Positions 10,551-19,706 of a DNA stretch of 64,000 bases are shown piece after piece; the first letter of the stretch is position 1; each line of letters begins with the position of its first letter. Below the pieces are notes generated by a model. That model worked only from the letters and a program-made list of their open reading frames with translations, searched no databases and was not told the origin of the DNA. Source of the stretch: Porphyromonas cangingivalis. Lineage in GTDB: Bacteria; Bacteroidota; Bacteroidia; Bacteroidales; Paludibacteraceae. A program made the translations under genes and the position numbers. The stretch lies in contig CAMDNO010000002.1 of the NCBI GenBank assembly GCA_945902955.1, forward strand, positions 23,214 to 87,213, in the 5' to 3' direction.

Positions 10551-11330
10551 TTAAAACCTTAATTTGTAATTTTTTTTATGTAAATCGGGATTAAAAAAGA
10601 GGATTCCAAAGTGATATAAATCAAAAGATGAAGTAACTTTTACATTCTTTTGAATATTTTTCCATGCCTTTTTCATGCCTACCGACCAATAAATATCATC
10701 GATGACAACTACGGCATTATTGCTTAATTTTGGTAAAATTAAATCAAAATAGCGAATTGTGGCATCGAAAGTGTGATTGGCATCGATATAAACAAAATCA
10801 ATAGTTGAAAGTTTATCTATCGCAATATTAATTGTTTGGTCGATATTGCCAATTAGAATTTCGATGTTATTTAAGTTTAAATCCAAAAACGTTTGTCGGG
10901 CAATTTGAGCTGTATTTTTACAACCTTCGAGCGTTATGCAATTACGAGATTTGGAAAGAGCCGCAATATAAGCAGTTGAAATACCAAATGAAGTCCCAAG
11001 TTCCAATACAGAATTTAATTTCAAGCAATTAACAATTCTGCATAGCAATTCTCCTTCGCGAACAGTACAAATTGATTTTGCAGCAATTTGGCTTACACTG
11101 ATTTGCTTACTTTCACCTGTACCGTAATCAATTTTATTTATTAAAGTGTTATTATTTAATAGTTTTGCACGTTGACTTTTAATTTTATCATAAATATAAT
11201 ATGGATTCTTTTCCTCCAAAATATATTTTACAAAATCGAATAAATAAGGTGAATGAATTCCGCTACCCCTCGTATTTCGAGCAGTAATAAAATGCGCAAT
11301 AAAATTAAATGAACGAAAAAAATAATTCAT
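10551..11330 (-). CDS. class I SAM-dependent methyltransferase (Methyltransf_24-like)
   Basis: GIHSPYLF, LELGTSFG, IDANH, DDIYWS; ATG at 11330 chosen over the upstream TTG. Confidence 0.85.
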   Translation of the reverse strand: MNYFFRSFNFIAHFITARNTRGSGIHSPYLFDFVKYILEEKNPYYIYDKIKSQRAKLLNNNTLINKIDYGTGESKQISVSQIAAKSICTVREGELLCRIVNCLKLNSVLELGTSFGISTAYIAALSKSRNCITLEGCKNTAQIARQTFLDLNLNNIEILIGNIDQTINIAIDKLSTIDFVYIDANHTFDATIRYFDLILPKLSNNAVVVIDDIYWSVGMKKAWKNIQKNVKVTSSFDLYHFGILFFNPDLHKKNYKLRF

Positions 11331-11392
11331 AAATTTAGACTGAACTCTGATCAATTTTCTTCCTTTTTTATTTCTGACGGCACATGTAAAAC

Positions 11393-13054
11393 TTATTTTT
11401 TTACAGATAATAAACTATCATACAAAGACTTATCATTTAATTTCTCTATTGCAATTTTCAAATCCACATCGGTTTTAAGCGAAAACTCGATTTCTCCTTT
11501 TTGAAAATAATAACGTTTAATAATTTCGAGACTTAATAATTCGATAATATCATTTTTGTTATTATCTATATTCAATTCTATATTCGGTTTTAGTTTTGCT
11601 TCGAGCGCTTTAAGTTCAGCATCGGCGTATTTATCTATTCCTTCCGAATTTGCCAACTCTAAAAACTCTTTATACATTTTTTCGGATTCGGTAGTGTATG
11701 TAAAATTCTTTTCTTTTAAGAAATCTTTGAACGCCAAAAAATCAGCATCATTTAATTTGAAATCAACAGGTTTTGCAATACTCTGATTATTAGCAACGTA
11801 TTGATTTGCAAAATCGAAATACAGATTTTGAGCATAAATATAATATGCAATATTCAATTTTCGCTCGTCGGTAGTTTTTACATCAGGTACAATTCCACCA
11901 CCATCGCGCACTTTTCGCCCATTACGCGTACTGAATTCGGTCGTTAAACTGTCAGGAACTCGTCCTACGCTTCCATCATCGTTTCGATGCGAATAGTCTA
12001 TGGCTTGAATGCAACGACCGCTCGGAATGTAATACTTTGCCGTTGTAATTTTTAAATTTCCTCCATACCCCAATGGACGAATATTTTGTACTAATCCTTT
12101 TCCAAAAGTACGTTCGCCAATAATTAGTCCACGATCTAAATCCTGTATAGCTCCTGCCAAGATTTCGGAAGCCGACGCCGAGGATCTATTAACCAAAATA
12201 GCTAAATTCAGATTTGGGAAAAGCGGTTCGGTAGGTGTTTTGTAGATTCGTTCGGTAAATTTACTTTTGCCTTTGGTTTGTACTACTTCGCTCCCTTTGG
12301 GTACAAAATAACCAACTATTTTGACAGCTTCATCGATTAATCCACCTCCGTTGTTTCTTATATCAATTATTAATGATTCAATTTGGTGATTTTTAAGCAA
12401 TTCGGAAATGGCAATTTTTAATTCAGCAGCAGATTTATCGGTAAAGTCCGATAACTGTACAAATCCGGTTTTAGGTGCAACAATTGCGGAATAGGTAATT
12501 GGATTAACTTGAATTTTTTCGCGCAAAAATTCTTTCTCAATAGGCATTTTTGTTCCTATTCTCTTAATTTTAAGGCGAATGATTGTATTTGGCGTTCCCT
12601 TTAGTTTAGCACTTACCTCGCTAACCGAAAGCCCGTTAACATTTTTACCATCCACTTCCAAAATCACATCACCTGCACGAACATCATTTCTTTGAGCGGG
12701 CATTCCTTCGTATGGTTCAGATACATATATATCCTTTCCATTTTTAGTAATTAATGCTCCTATACCAGCATATTCGCCCGTAGTCATGAACTTCAAATTG
12801 TCAGTTTCCTTTTCGGGAATATAAACCGTATATGGATCAAGTCGCGAAAGCATTTCGTTGATAGCAATCGTATTCATTTTGTCGTAATTCAAAGTGTCGA
12901 CATAAAAGGCATCGAGCTCACGAAAAACGGAGTTGAAAATTGATAAGTTTTTACTTATTCGGAATGTTTTTGTATCCTGAGTTTTGATTTCGCCGGCTGA
13001 AGATACAAGAATACTGATACAAATAAAAACAATAAAAACAGGGACCTTTCTCAT
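11393..13054 (-). CDS. S41 family C-terminal processing protease (PDZ + S41)
   Basis: LDPYT, YAGIG PDZ loop, DIRNNGGG, SASASEI catalytic Ser, TFGKGLVQ. Confidence 0.95.
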   Translation of the reverse strand: MRKVPVFIVFICISILVSSAGEIKTQDTKTFRISKNLSIFNSVFRELDAFYVDTLNYDKMNTIAINEMLSRLDPYTVYIPEKETDNLKFMTTGEYAGIGALITKNGKDIYVSEPYEGMPAQRNDVRAGDVILEVDGKNVNGLSVSEVSAKLKGTPNTIIRLKIKRIGTKMPIEKEFLREKIQVNPITYSAIVAPKTGFVQLSDFTDKSAAELKIAISELLKNHQIESLIIDIRNNGGGLIDEAVKIVGYFVPKGSEVVQTKGKSKFTERIYKTPTEPLFPNLNLAILVNRSSASASEILAGAIQDLDRGLIIGERTFGKGLVQNIRPLGYGGNLKITTAKYYIPSGRCIQAIDYSHRNDDGSVGRVPDSLTTEFSTRNGRKVRDGGGIVPDVKTTDERKLNIAYYIYAQNLYFDFANQYVANNQSIAKPVDFKLNDADFLAFKDFLKEKNFTYTTESEKMYKEFLELANSEGIDKYADAELKALEAKLKPNIELNIDNNKNDIIELLSLEIIKRYYFQKGEIEFSLKTDVDLKIAIEKLNDKSLYDSLLSVKK

Positions 13055-13063
13055 ATTAATACT

Positions 13064-14296
13064 TTATTTTTTAGATCGTTTATAGGATTTTGCCCATTCC
13101 ATAACATTAGCGGGCGGACGTTGGTTCATTAATTCCTTTTTCATAAAATCCATATATGGTGCCACATGCCCGTAAAACATTTTCCAGCCGGCACACAGGT
13201 AATTCAATCCATATTCGCCATCTTTCGTTCTTGCAAAGCGGTTTTTAGGACATTCGCCATTACAAGCAAACAAAAATTCGCATTCGCGGCATTGACGGGG
13301 TAATGTGTCGTGTTTATCAGTACCAAATTTTAATTGCTTTTCGGAATACATCATCGAAGCCAATGAATCTGTATTAATGTTGCCTAATTTGAACTCGGGA
13401 AAAACATAATGATCGCAAGAGTAGACGTCGCCATTGAACTCCATAACGCCTGCATGACCGCAATGTCGTGCCAATGTACAAATTCCGGGTTGTTCGCCCA
13501 TCCAATTGGCAAGTGTAGAATCGAACATTTGAATGTATATTTTACCAACATCTTCCTTTATCCATTCGTCGAAAAGTCCGCATAAGAATTTACCCCACTG
13601 AATAGGCGAAACCGAGAAGTCGGCCAATTCGGCATCTTCGTGAGGTGTTGTGAGTTTCAATCCATTTTCTTGGCGGTTAATTCGCTCTACAATAGGTGCA
13701 AACTGAATATATTGAACTCCAATTTCTTTAAAGAATTTATAAAACTCGACCGGATAATCGGCATTATAATCATTTACCACAGCCATAGCATTAAATTCGA
13801 CACCATGTTTTTTAAGTAAATTAATGCCTTTCATAACTTTTACAAAAGTAGGTAAACCACCTTTGTTGCGTCGATATTCGTCGTGAAACTCCTGTGGCCC
13901 ATCTATCGAAATGCCTATTAAAAAGTTATTTTCTTTAAAAAACTCACACCAAGCATCTGTCAGCAAGGTTCCATTTGTTTGTAATACGTTATCAATTTTT
14001 TTTCCTCTGCCGTATTTTTTTTGCAATTCGAGGGCTCTTTTATAAAAAGGAATTGGGCGTAAAAGCGCTTCGCCACCATGCCAAGTGAACAGAATTTCGT
14101 TTTGAGTTTGGGCGTTAATATATTCCTCGGTGAATTTTTCGAGGAGTATATCGCTCATCATCTGACTTTTAGCCGATGGATATAAATATTCTTTTTCGAG
14201 ATAATAGCAGTATGTACAATTGAGATTACATGCCGAGCCTACTGATTTCAGCATGACGTACATGGGTTTTGCAAAAGGTGCAAAAGTATTGTTCAT
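13064..14296 (-). CDS. anaerobic sulfatase-maturating radical SAM/SPASM enzyme (anSME)
   Basis: CNLNCTYC, WHGGE, GDVYSCDHYV, CRECEFLFACNGECPK SPASM cysteines. Confidence 0.93.
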   Translation of the reverse strand: MNNTFAPFAKPMYVMLKSVGSACNLNCTYCYYLEKEYLYPSAKSQMMSDILLEKFTEEYINAQTQNEILFTWHGGEALLRPIPFYKRALELQKKYGRGKKIDNVLQTNGTLLTDAWCEFFKENNFLIGISIDGPQEFHDEYRRNKGGLPTFVKVMKGINLLKKHGVEFNAMAVVNDYNADYPVEFYKFFKEIGVQYIQFAPIVERINRQENGLKLTTPHEDAELADFSVSPIQWGKFLCGLFDEWIKEDVGKIYIQMFDSTLANWMGEQPGICTLARHCGHAGVMEFNGDVYSCDHYVFPEFKLGNINTDSLASMMYSEKQLKFGTDKHDTLPRQCRECEFLFACNGECPKNRFARTKDGEYGLNYLCAGWKMFYGHVAPYMDFMKKELMNQRPPANVMEWAKSYKRSKK

Positions 14297-14315
14297 TGTA
14301 TTATTTACTTTAATT

Positions 14316-14340
14316 TGCCCCCCAACCCCCTAAAGGGGGA
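14316..14340. repeat. GC-rich REP-like hairpin motif TGCCCCCCAACCCCCTAAAGGGGGA
   Basis: Related copies at 16947-16964 (degenerate), 34933-34950 (reverse), 58101-58114 (reverse) and 58134-58156. Confidence 0.7.
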
Positions 14341-14450
14341 ATAAAAGCCGATGTGAAAATTTAATTTTAATTCGAACCACAAATGTAGCTAAAAAGTGTA
14401 GACTACTTAGCGGGTTTTAGGTTTAACAACTAAATTTTGATTCTATTCAA

Positions 14451-15113
14451 TTATTTCTTTATAAAAAGTGTATTAAAATTTTCAACCAGATACTTTTTCA
14501 CTTCATTCATTTCTACTTTTTTACCCAATTCATTTTCGATCGAAGTAACCCCTTTATCAATAAAACCACATGGGTTTATATGGCCAAAATAGGTCAAATC
14601 AGTATTTACATTGAGAGCAAAACCATGCATGGTTACGAATTTTGAACTTCGCACGCCAATGGCACAAATTTTACGACAAGTAGGCTTTCCCGTATCGAGC
14701 CATACGCCCGTTGCACCATCGAGCCGTTCGGATTTTATACCGTACTCCATAAGTGTTTTGATAATAGCCTCTTCAATTAAAGAAATATATTGTTTTAACC
14801 CTAAATTAAAATTAGCCAAATCGAAAATTGGATATCCTACAATTTGCCCTGGACCATGATAAGTGATATCGCCACCGCGGTTTGATTTTACAAACTGAGC
14901 ATCGGCAGCCTGAAGTTGAATGTAGTTGATCAATAAATTATGCTCATCGCCACTTTTTCCAAGTGTATATACATGCGGATGTTCGCAAAAGACAAGCGTA
15001 CTTTCCGTTTGCTTACCCTCCGTTTTAAGTTGAATAGTTGCTCTGAAAATTGCTTCTTGTTTGTTCCAAGCTTCGTTGTATTCTATTAAGCCCCAATCTG
15101 TTGTGTGTATCAT
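14451..15113 (-). CDS. lipB: lipoyl(octanoyl) transferase
   Basis: EHPHVYTLG, RGGDITYHGPGQ, KICAIG, HGFALN, INPCG. Confidence 0.97.
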   Translation of the reverse strand: MIHTTDWGLIEYNEAWNKQEAIFRATIQLKTEGKQTESTLVFCEHPHVYTLGKSGDEHNLLINYIQLQAADAQFVKSNRGGDITYHGPGQIVGYPIFDLANFNLGLKQYISLIEEAIIKTLMEYGIKSERLDGATGVWLDTGKPTCRKICAIGVRSSKFVTMHGFALNVNTDLTYFGHINPCGFIDKGVTSIENELGKKVEMNEVKKYLVENFNTLFIKK

Positions 15114-15117
15114 ATTA

Positions 15118-15275
15118 ATGTGATGATGTGATGATGTGTTGATGTGATGATGTGTTGATGTGATGATGTGTTGATGTGATGATGTGTTGATGTGATGATG
15201 TGTTGATGTGATGATGTGTTGATGTGATGATGTGTTGATGTGATGATGTGATGATGTGTTGATACGTTGATGTGT
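15118..15275. repeat. 8-bp tandem array (ATGTGATG/ATGTGTTG), about 20 units
   Basis: Read directly; the core is 7 perfect copies of the 16-mer ATGTGATGATGTGTTG. Confidence 0.97.
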
Positions 15276-15301
15276 AAAGATAGTTATAGGGAGTGCTGAA
15301 T

Positions 15302-16024
15302 TTAAGGGAATTTGACTTGATGAATTTTTCCCATTAAACTTTTAATTTTGGATTGCCGTCGAAGCATATAACCCGATGGATTGCCAATTTTGAATTTACG
15401 AGGATTTGGTAAACTTGCTGCTATCAATGCAGCTTGCGACTTGGTAAGTTTTGTAGCACTTTTGTTGAAAAAGCGTTGCGAAGCAGCCTCCACACCATAA
15501 ACGCCTTCGCCTGTTTCGATAACGTTCAAATAGACTTCCATAATGCGTTCTTTGGACCAAACAAGTTCGATTAGTACAGTAAAATAGGCTTCTAATCCTT
15601 TGCGAATATAGGATCTTTGAGGCCACAAGAAAACATTTTTGGCTGTTTGCTGCGAAATTGTACTTCCACCGCGAATGCGTTTACCTTTTTGATTATGTTT
15701 CATTGCTTTTTCGATATCTTCGAACGAAAACCCGTAATGCGTAAGGAAAAGATTATCCTCGGAGGCAACTACAGCTTGCACCATGTTGGGTGAAATTTCG
15801 TTGATACTTACCCAGCTTTTATGGTTTTGAGGCATTTCTCCAGCTATTATTGCCTCTACGTTTCGAATAAGCATAAGCGGTGTAATGTAAATAGGAATAA
15901 AACGAGCTAAAATAACCCAGCTTATACTTCCAACAAAAAACACAATTATTGTATTGCGAATAATTCGCCACAAACGAGGGAAAAATGTTGATTTTGATTT
16001 GGGTTTTTTCTTGATTTGTACCAT
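15302..16024 (-). CDS. mtgA: monofunctional peptidoglycan transglycosylase
   Basis: ASEDNLF, RGGSTISQQTAKN, RKGLE, EVYLN GT51 motifs; N-terminal TM helix. Confidence 0.95.
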   Translation of the reverse strand: MVQIKKKPKSKSTFFPRLWRIIRNTIIVFFVGSISWVILARFIPIYITPLMLIRNVEAIIAGEMPQNHKSWVSINEISPNMVQAVVASEDNLFLTHYGFSFEDIEKAMKHNQKGKRIRGGSTISQQTAKNVFLWPQRSYIRKGLEAYFTVLIELVWSKERIMEVYLNVIETGEGVYGVEAASQRFFNKSATKLTKSQAALIAASLPNPRKFKIGNPSGYMLRRQSKIKSLMGKIHQVKFP

Positions 16025-16047
16025 ATAAATTCAGCATAAATGTTAAT

Positions 16048-16926
16048 TCAACTTACCAACTCTTTAAGAGCGCTATCACATGTTGGATACTTAAATTTGA
16101 AACCACTATTTATCAACGTTTCGGGGCAATAGCGAACAGGATTGAGCAATAAGCCGGCTTCGGTATTTATAAAACGTGCCCCCACTTTAATCGCAATTTC
16201 GGGAGCGGGCAATCCAAAGTGCACCCCCATTGCCTGCCGCATAGATTTCATAAATAGGGCATTTGTTACCGGAGTTGGCGAGGTAACATTAATTGCGCCT
16301 TGCACCAATTTATTTTTGATAAGATATTCGATAATTCTAAAATAATCTTCTATATGTATCCAACTAAAAAATTGTTTTCCGCTACCCACCTTGCCTCCCA
16401 AACCAAATTTCGTAAGCTTTTGTAAGGGTTCAAAAGCTCCTCCATTTTTGCCCAAAACCACCGATGTACGTAGCGCTACCTGGCGAATAGCGAGGTTCGA
16501 AAAGCTAAAAAAAGCCATTTCCCAAGCTCGAACAGTATCTGCCAGAAAGTCCTTACCTTCTTCGTATTTAGTTTCCGTTAGGCAATAGTCATTTTCTGAT
16601 TCATAAAACGCAGATGCACTTGCATTTATCCACAAAAGAGGTTTATGCTTACATTTTTGCAAAGCTTCTCCTAACATTTTTGTTGTATCAACTCTCGAGT
16701 TGAGAATAAGTTTCTGATTTTCGGGAGTGTGCCGACAATTAATTGACTTTCCAGCTAAATTTATCAAAATGTCTGTCTGCTCTAATGAATCAGTCAAATC
16801 AGTAATTTTCCACTGAATATGGTTTTTGCTACGCGACACAAAATTGACTTCAACGCCATTTTGTAAAAAACGTTTTGCAATGTATGATCCTATAAAACCC
16901 GTACCACCTGCAATTAAAATTTTCAT
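16048..16926 (-). CDS. TIGR01777/YfcH-like NAD-dependent epimerase family protein
   Basis: IAGGTGFIG, INLAG, SRVDTT, GSGKQFFSWIHIED. Confidence 0.9.
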   Translation of the reverse strand: MKILIAGGTGFIGSYIAKRFLQNGVEVNFVSRSKNHIQWKITDLTDSLEQTDILINLAGKSINCRHTPENQKLILNSRVDTTKMLGEALQKCKHKPLLWINASASAFYESENDYCLTETKYEEGKDFLADTVRAWEMAFFSFSNLAIRQVALRTSVVLGKNGGAFEPLQKLTKFGLGGKVGSGKQFFSWIHIEDYFRIIEYLIKNKLVQGAINVTSPTPVTNALFMKSMRQAMGVHFGLPAPEIAIKVGARFINTEAGLLLNPVRYCPETLINSGFKFKYPTCDSALKELVS

Positions 16927-17035
16927 AATATTTATTAGTAAAACCAGCCCCCTACCCTCTTAAATAATAAAATGAGAAAAAAGTGTTTGGTATGCAATTA
17001 TTTTATTCGGCAAATTTAAACGAAAAAATTGGTAT

Positions 17036-17070
17036 AAAAAAACTCTGCCGTTATATCTTCAGCAGAGTTT
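17036..17070 (-). terminator. intrinsic terminator after rluB
   Basis: AAACTCTGC...GCAGAGTTT stem followed by a U-tract on the minus strand. Confidence 0.65.
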
Positions 17071-17095
17071 CTTATGTATCATAACAAGGAGATAA

Positions 17096-18715
17096 TTATT
17101 CGTATGCTCCCATTTTAAGCATATTTATTTCGCGTTCGTTGAGGAAGCGATATTTGCCACGTGGCAAGCTTTTTTTGGTTAAACCTGCAAAATAGACACG
17201 ATCTAAACGAATAACTCTGTATCCCAATTTTTCGAAAATACGACGAACAACACGGTTTTGACCCGAATGAATTTCTATACCTACCTGTTTCATGTCTCCA
17301 TCTTTCACAAATTCGAGTGAGTCGGCAGCAATTTTTCCATCATCTAAAACAACCCCACCTAAAATTGATTCGAAATCGGGTGCTTCGAGTGGTTTATCAA
17401 GCGCTACATGGTATATTTTTTTCTTTTCGTATTTTGGATGAGTCAATTTTGAAGCCAAATCGCCATCGTTTGTTAATAGAATTACACCGGTAGTGTTTCG
17501 GTCGAGTCGTCCAACCGGATAAATACGTTCGCTGCAAGCATTTTTCACTAAGTCGAGTACCGTTAACCTATCATGTGTATCTTCGGATGTTGTTACGCAA
17601 TCTTTAGGTTTATTAAGAATTAAATAAACTTTCCGTTCGGAACGTACAGGTTGACTGTGAAATAAAATTTTATCGCTGTGCATAACTTTCGTTCCCAATT
17701 CGGTAACAACAACATCGTTCACAGAAATCACTCCAGCCTGTATGTATTCGTCAGCTTCGCGACGAGAACAAATTCCAGCATTTGCCAAGAATTTATTTAA
17801 TCGAACCGGTTTTGTTAAATCGACATAACTTTTGCGGAATTCAGTTTGCTTTTTAGCACTGTATTTAGCATTCGGATCATAATTGCCATCGCGTTTGCGC
17901 ATTGGCTTACGGAAGTTTTTGGTTTCGTTCTGGTTATCGAAACGATATTCGACAAATTCAGTCAATTGGCTATCAGCCGGACTTTTAATTGCGAATTTTC
18001 TTTCACCATTTGGGCTATCAGTGGAATTGACCGACTTGGTACGAGGACGCATACGAGGCCTTGCACTATCTTCACTACGATTTACAAATGGTTTACGCTC
18101 ACCATACTGCGGACTCTCGCCACGGTTTTCGTAAGGTTTACGTTCGCCAAACTGTGGGCGTTCACCACGATTCTCGTAAGGTTTTCGTTCGCCAAACTGT
18201 GGACGTTCACCACGGTTTTCGTAAGGTTTACGTTCGCCAAATTGTGGTCGTTCGCCACGATTTTCGTAAGGTTTGCGTTCACCAAACTGAGGACGTTCGC
18301 CACGGTTTTCGTAAGGTTTGCGTTCGCCAAATTGTGGACGTTCGCCACGATTTTCGTAGGGTTTGCGCTCACCATAACTATTTCCGCCTCTACTCTCAAA
18401 CGATTTACGTTCGCCATATTGAGGACGATCACCATAGCTATTCCCACGATTTTCATAAGGTTTACGTTCGCCGAAACTATTTCCATCCCTTTTAGGAAGT
18501 TCAAATTTTCGCTTTTCACCACCTGTTTCAGATCTTGAATCATGGTTTTCGTAAGGTTTTTTGGTTTCTTCGCGGTTATAATTGCGATTATCGCTTTCGC
18601 CAGAGAATTTAGCTGCTCCTCTTGTGCCTTTTAAAATTGATTTCACATCACGTTTTTCAAAGGGTTTACCATCACGGCTGGCGGGTTTTCCCTGCCATTT
18701 TTCATTACTATTCAT
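17096..18715 (-). CDS. rluB: RsuA/RluB-family pseudouridine synthase with a long repetitive N-terminal extension
   Basis: S4 domain RLNKFLANAGICSRREAD, LNKPK, PVGRLDRNTTG (catalytic Asp), GQNRVVRR. Confidence 0.9.
   Translation of the reverse strand: MNSNEKWQGKPASRDGKPFEKRDVKSILKGTRGAAKFSGESDNRNYNREETKKPYENHDSRSETGGEKRKFELPKRDGNSFGERKPYENRGNSYGDRPQYGERKSFESRGGNSYGERKPYENRGERPQFGERKPYENRGERPQFGERKPYENRGERPQFGERKPYENRGERPQFGERKPYENRGERPQFGERKPYENRGESPQYGERKPFVNRSEDSARPRMRPRTKSVNSTDSPNGERKFAIKSPADSQLTEFVEYRFDNQNETKNFRKPMRKRDGNYDPNAKYSAKKQTEFRKSYVDLTKPVRLNKFLANAGICSRREADEYIQAGVISVNDVVVTELGTKVMHSDKILFHSQPVRSERKVYLILNKPKDCVTTSEDTHDRLTVLDLVKNACSERIYPVGRLDRNTTGVILLTNDGDLASKLTHPKYEKKKIYHVALDKPLEAPDFESILGGVVLDDGKIAADSLEFVKDGDMKQVGIEIHSGQNRVVRRIFEKLGYRVIRLDRVYFAGLTKKSLPRGKYRFLNEREINMLKMGAYE
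18076..18375 (-). repeat. 45-bp coding tandem repeat (GERKPYENRGERPQF)
   Basis: Five identical peptide copies plus degenerate flanking copies; the nucleotide copies differ at synonymous sites. Confidence 0.95.
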
Positions 18716-18933
18716 TCTTGATATTTATTAATAAATAAATTAAGGTGCAAATTTCGGAAAAAAACCCGAATTATCAATACAATTTCTTTGCATTTGTTTT
18801 TAAATAACATAAATAACATCAATAATGTTGACAAGAGCACAAAAAATATATACAAAGAGTATTCATAATCAACAAATTAAAAATAATAAAGATTTTACAA
18901 AAAACAAAATCAATAATTTTGTACAATAATAAC

Positions 18934-18964
18934 TTTGTCATATTATCTAAAATAACTATCTTTG
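18934..18964 (+). promoter_or_regulatory. promoter of tRNA-Met
   Basis: TTTG (18934-18937), 19-nt spacer, TATCTTTG (18957-18964). Confidence 0.75.
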
Positions 18965-18983
18965 CACCGCTTTAGACGAAAAT

Positions 18984-19057
18984 GGCGGGATAGCTCAGTT
19001 GGTTAGAGCGTCGGATTCATAACCCGGAGGTCACGAGTTCAACTCTCGTTCCCGCTA
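18984..19057 (+). tRNA. tRNA-Met (CAT), probably elongator
   Basis: GGCGGGA/TCCCGCT acceptor stem, D-arm AGCTCAGTTGGTTAGAGC, anticodon loop TTCATAA, T-loop GTTCAA; paired 1:72 argues against initiator; CCA not encoded. Confidence 0.93.
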
Positions 19058-19068
19058 CAAAAAAGAAA

Positions 19069-19107
19069 TAAAACTTCGTTACCCAAAATGGATAACGAAG
19101 TTTTTTT
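19069..19107 (+). terminator. terminator after tRNA-Met
   Basis: AAAACTTCGTTA...TAACGAAGTTTTTTT. Confidence 0.8.
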
Positions 19108-19159
19108 ATGCAGGCATACCTACCGTAAAAGTACCTTCCGAATATATAAAATTATTATT

Positions 19160-19277
19160 CACTTACAAATCACAGAGAAAGTACTTACAATCACAGAGAA
19201 TTCACAGAGAAACACTTACAAATCACAGAGAAATCACTGTAGTATCACAGTACTATCACTTAGGAATCACAGAGAAA
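19160..19277. repeat. cluster of TCACAGAGAA direct repeats
   Basis: Copies at 19170, 19191, 19202, 19223, 19267; the 21-mer CACTTACAAATCACAGAGAAA occurs at 19160 and 19213. Confidence 0.9.
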
Positions 19278-19706
19278 TTATTGAATCCCAAATCAGGTGA
19301 TTTATGCCACACTATGTAGTATTTTATTCAGAATTGCTAAGGGCATTTTATGTGTATTTTTTTAGAATCTATCTCTTTGATATATTCGAAAATGAACAAT
19401 GTTATTTATTTTTGAATATAATTGTATCTATATTTATTATTTTAAGCTACTAATAAATAGAGTATTAAATGAGGTGGAATGATTTTTGATATGGCTTTTT
19501 TGAATAATAATTTTTGTATTAAAATATTATTCAACAAAATTTGATTTCAAGCGTTGTAATAGTAACTATTACATTATTGTATATTTATCACTATTTTTTG
19601 CTACATTATCTTTGGTTTATTTATAATTGGCATAAAATAATGGTTTTTTTATGATTAAAATTTTGATTTAAAAAAGATGAAGTAACTTTAAAAAACGAAT
19701 TCTGAT

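Noticed and set aside
13064-14296. Radical SAM/SPASM enzyme as a RiPP maturase next to an S41 protease
   Set aside because: The sequence fits the stand-alone Bacteroidales anSME; no precursor peptide seen
15118-15275. Possible CRISPR array
   Set aside because: Pure tandem 8-mers with no unique spacers, and no cas genes
17846-18543. Several long alternative-frame ORFs over the rluB N-terminus
   Set aside because: By-product of the 45-bp coding repeat; synonymous variation supports only the RluB frame
19088-19300. 70-aa ORF after tRNA-Met
   Set aside because: Starts inside the terminator hairpin and runs through the TCACAGAGAA repeats; likely spurious
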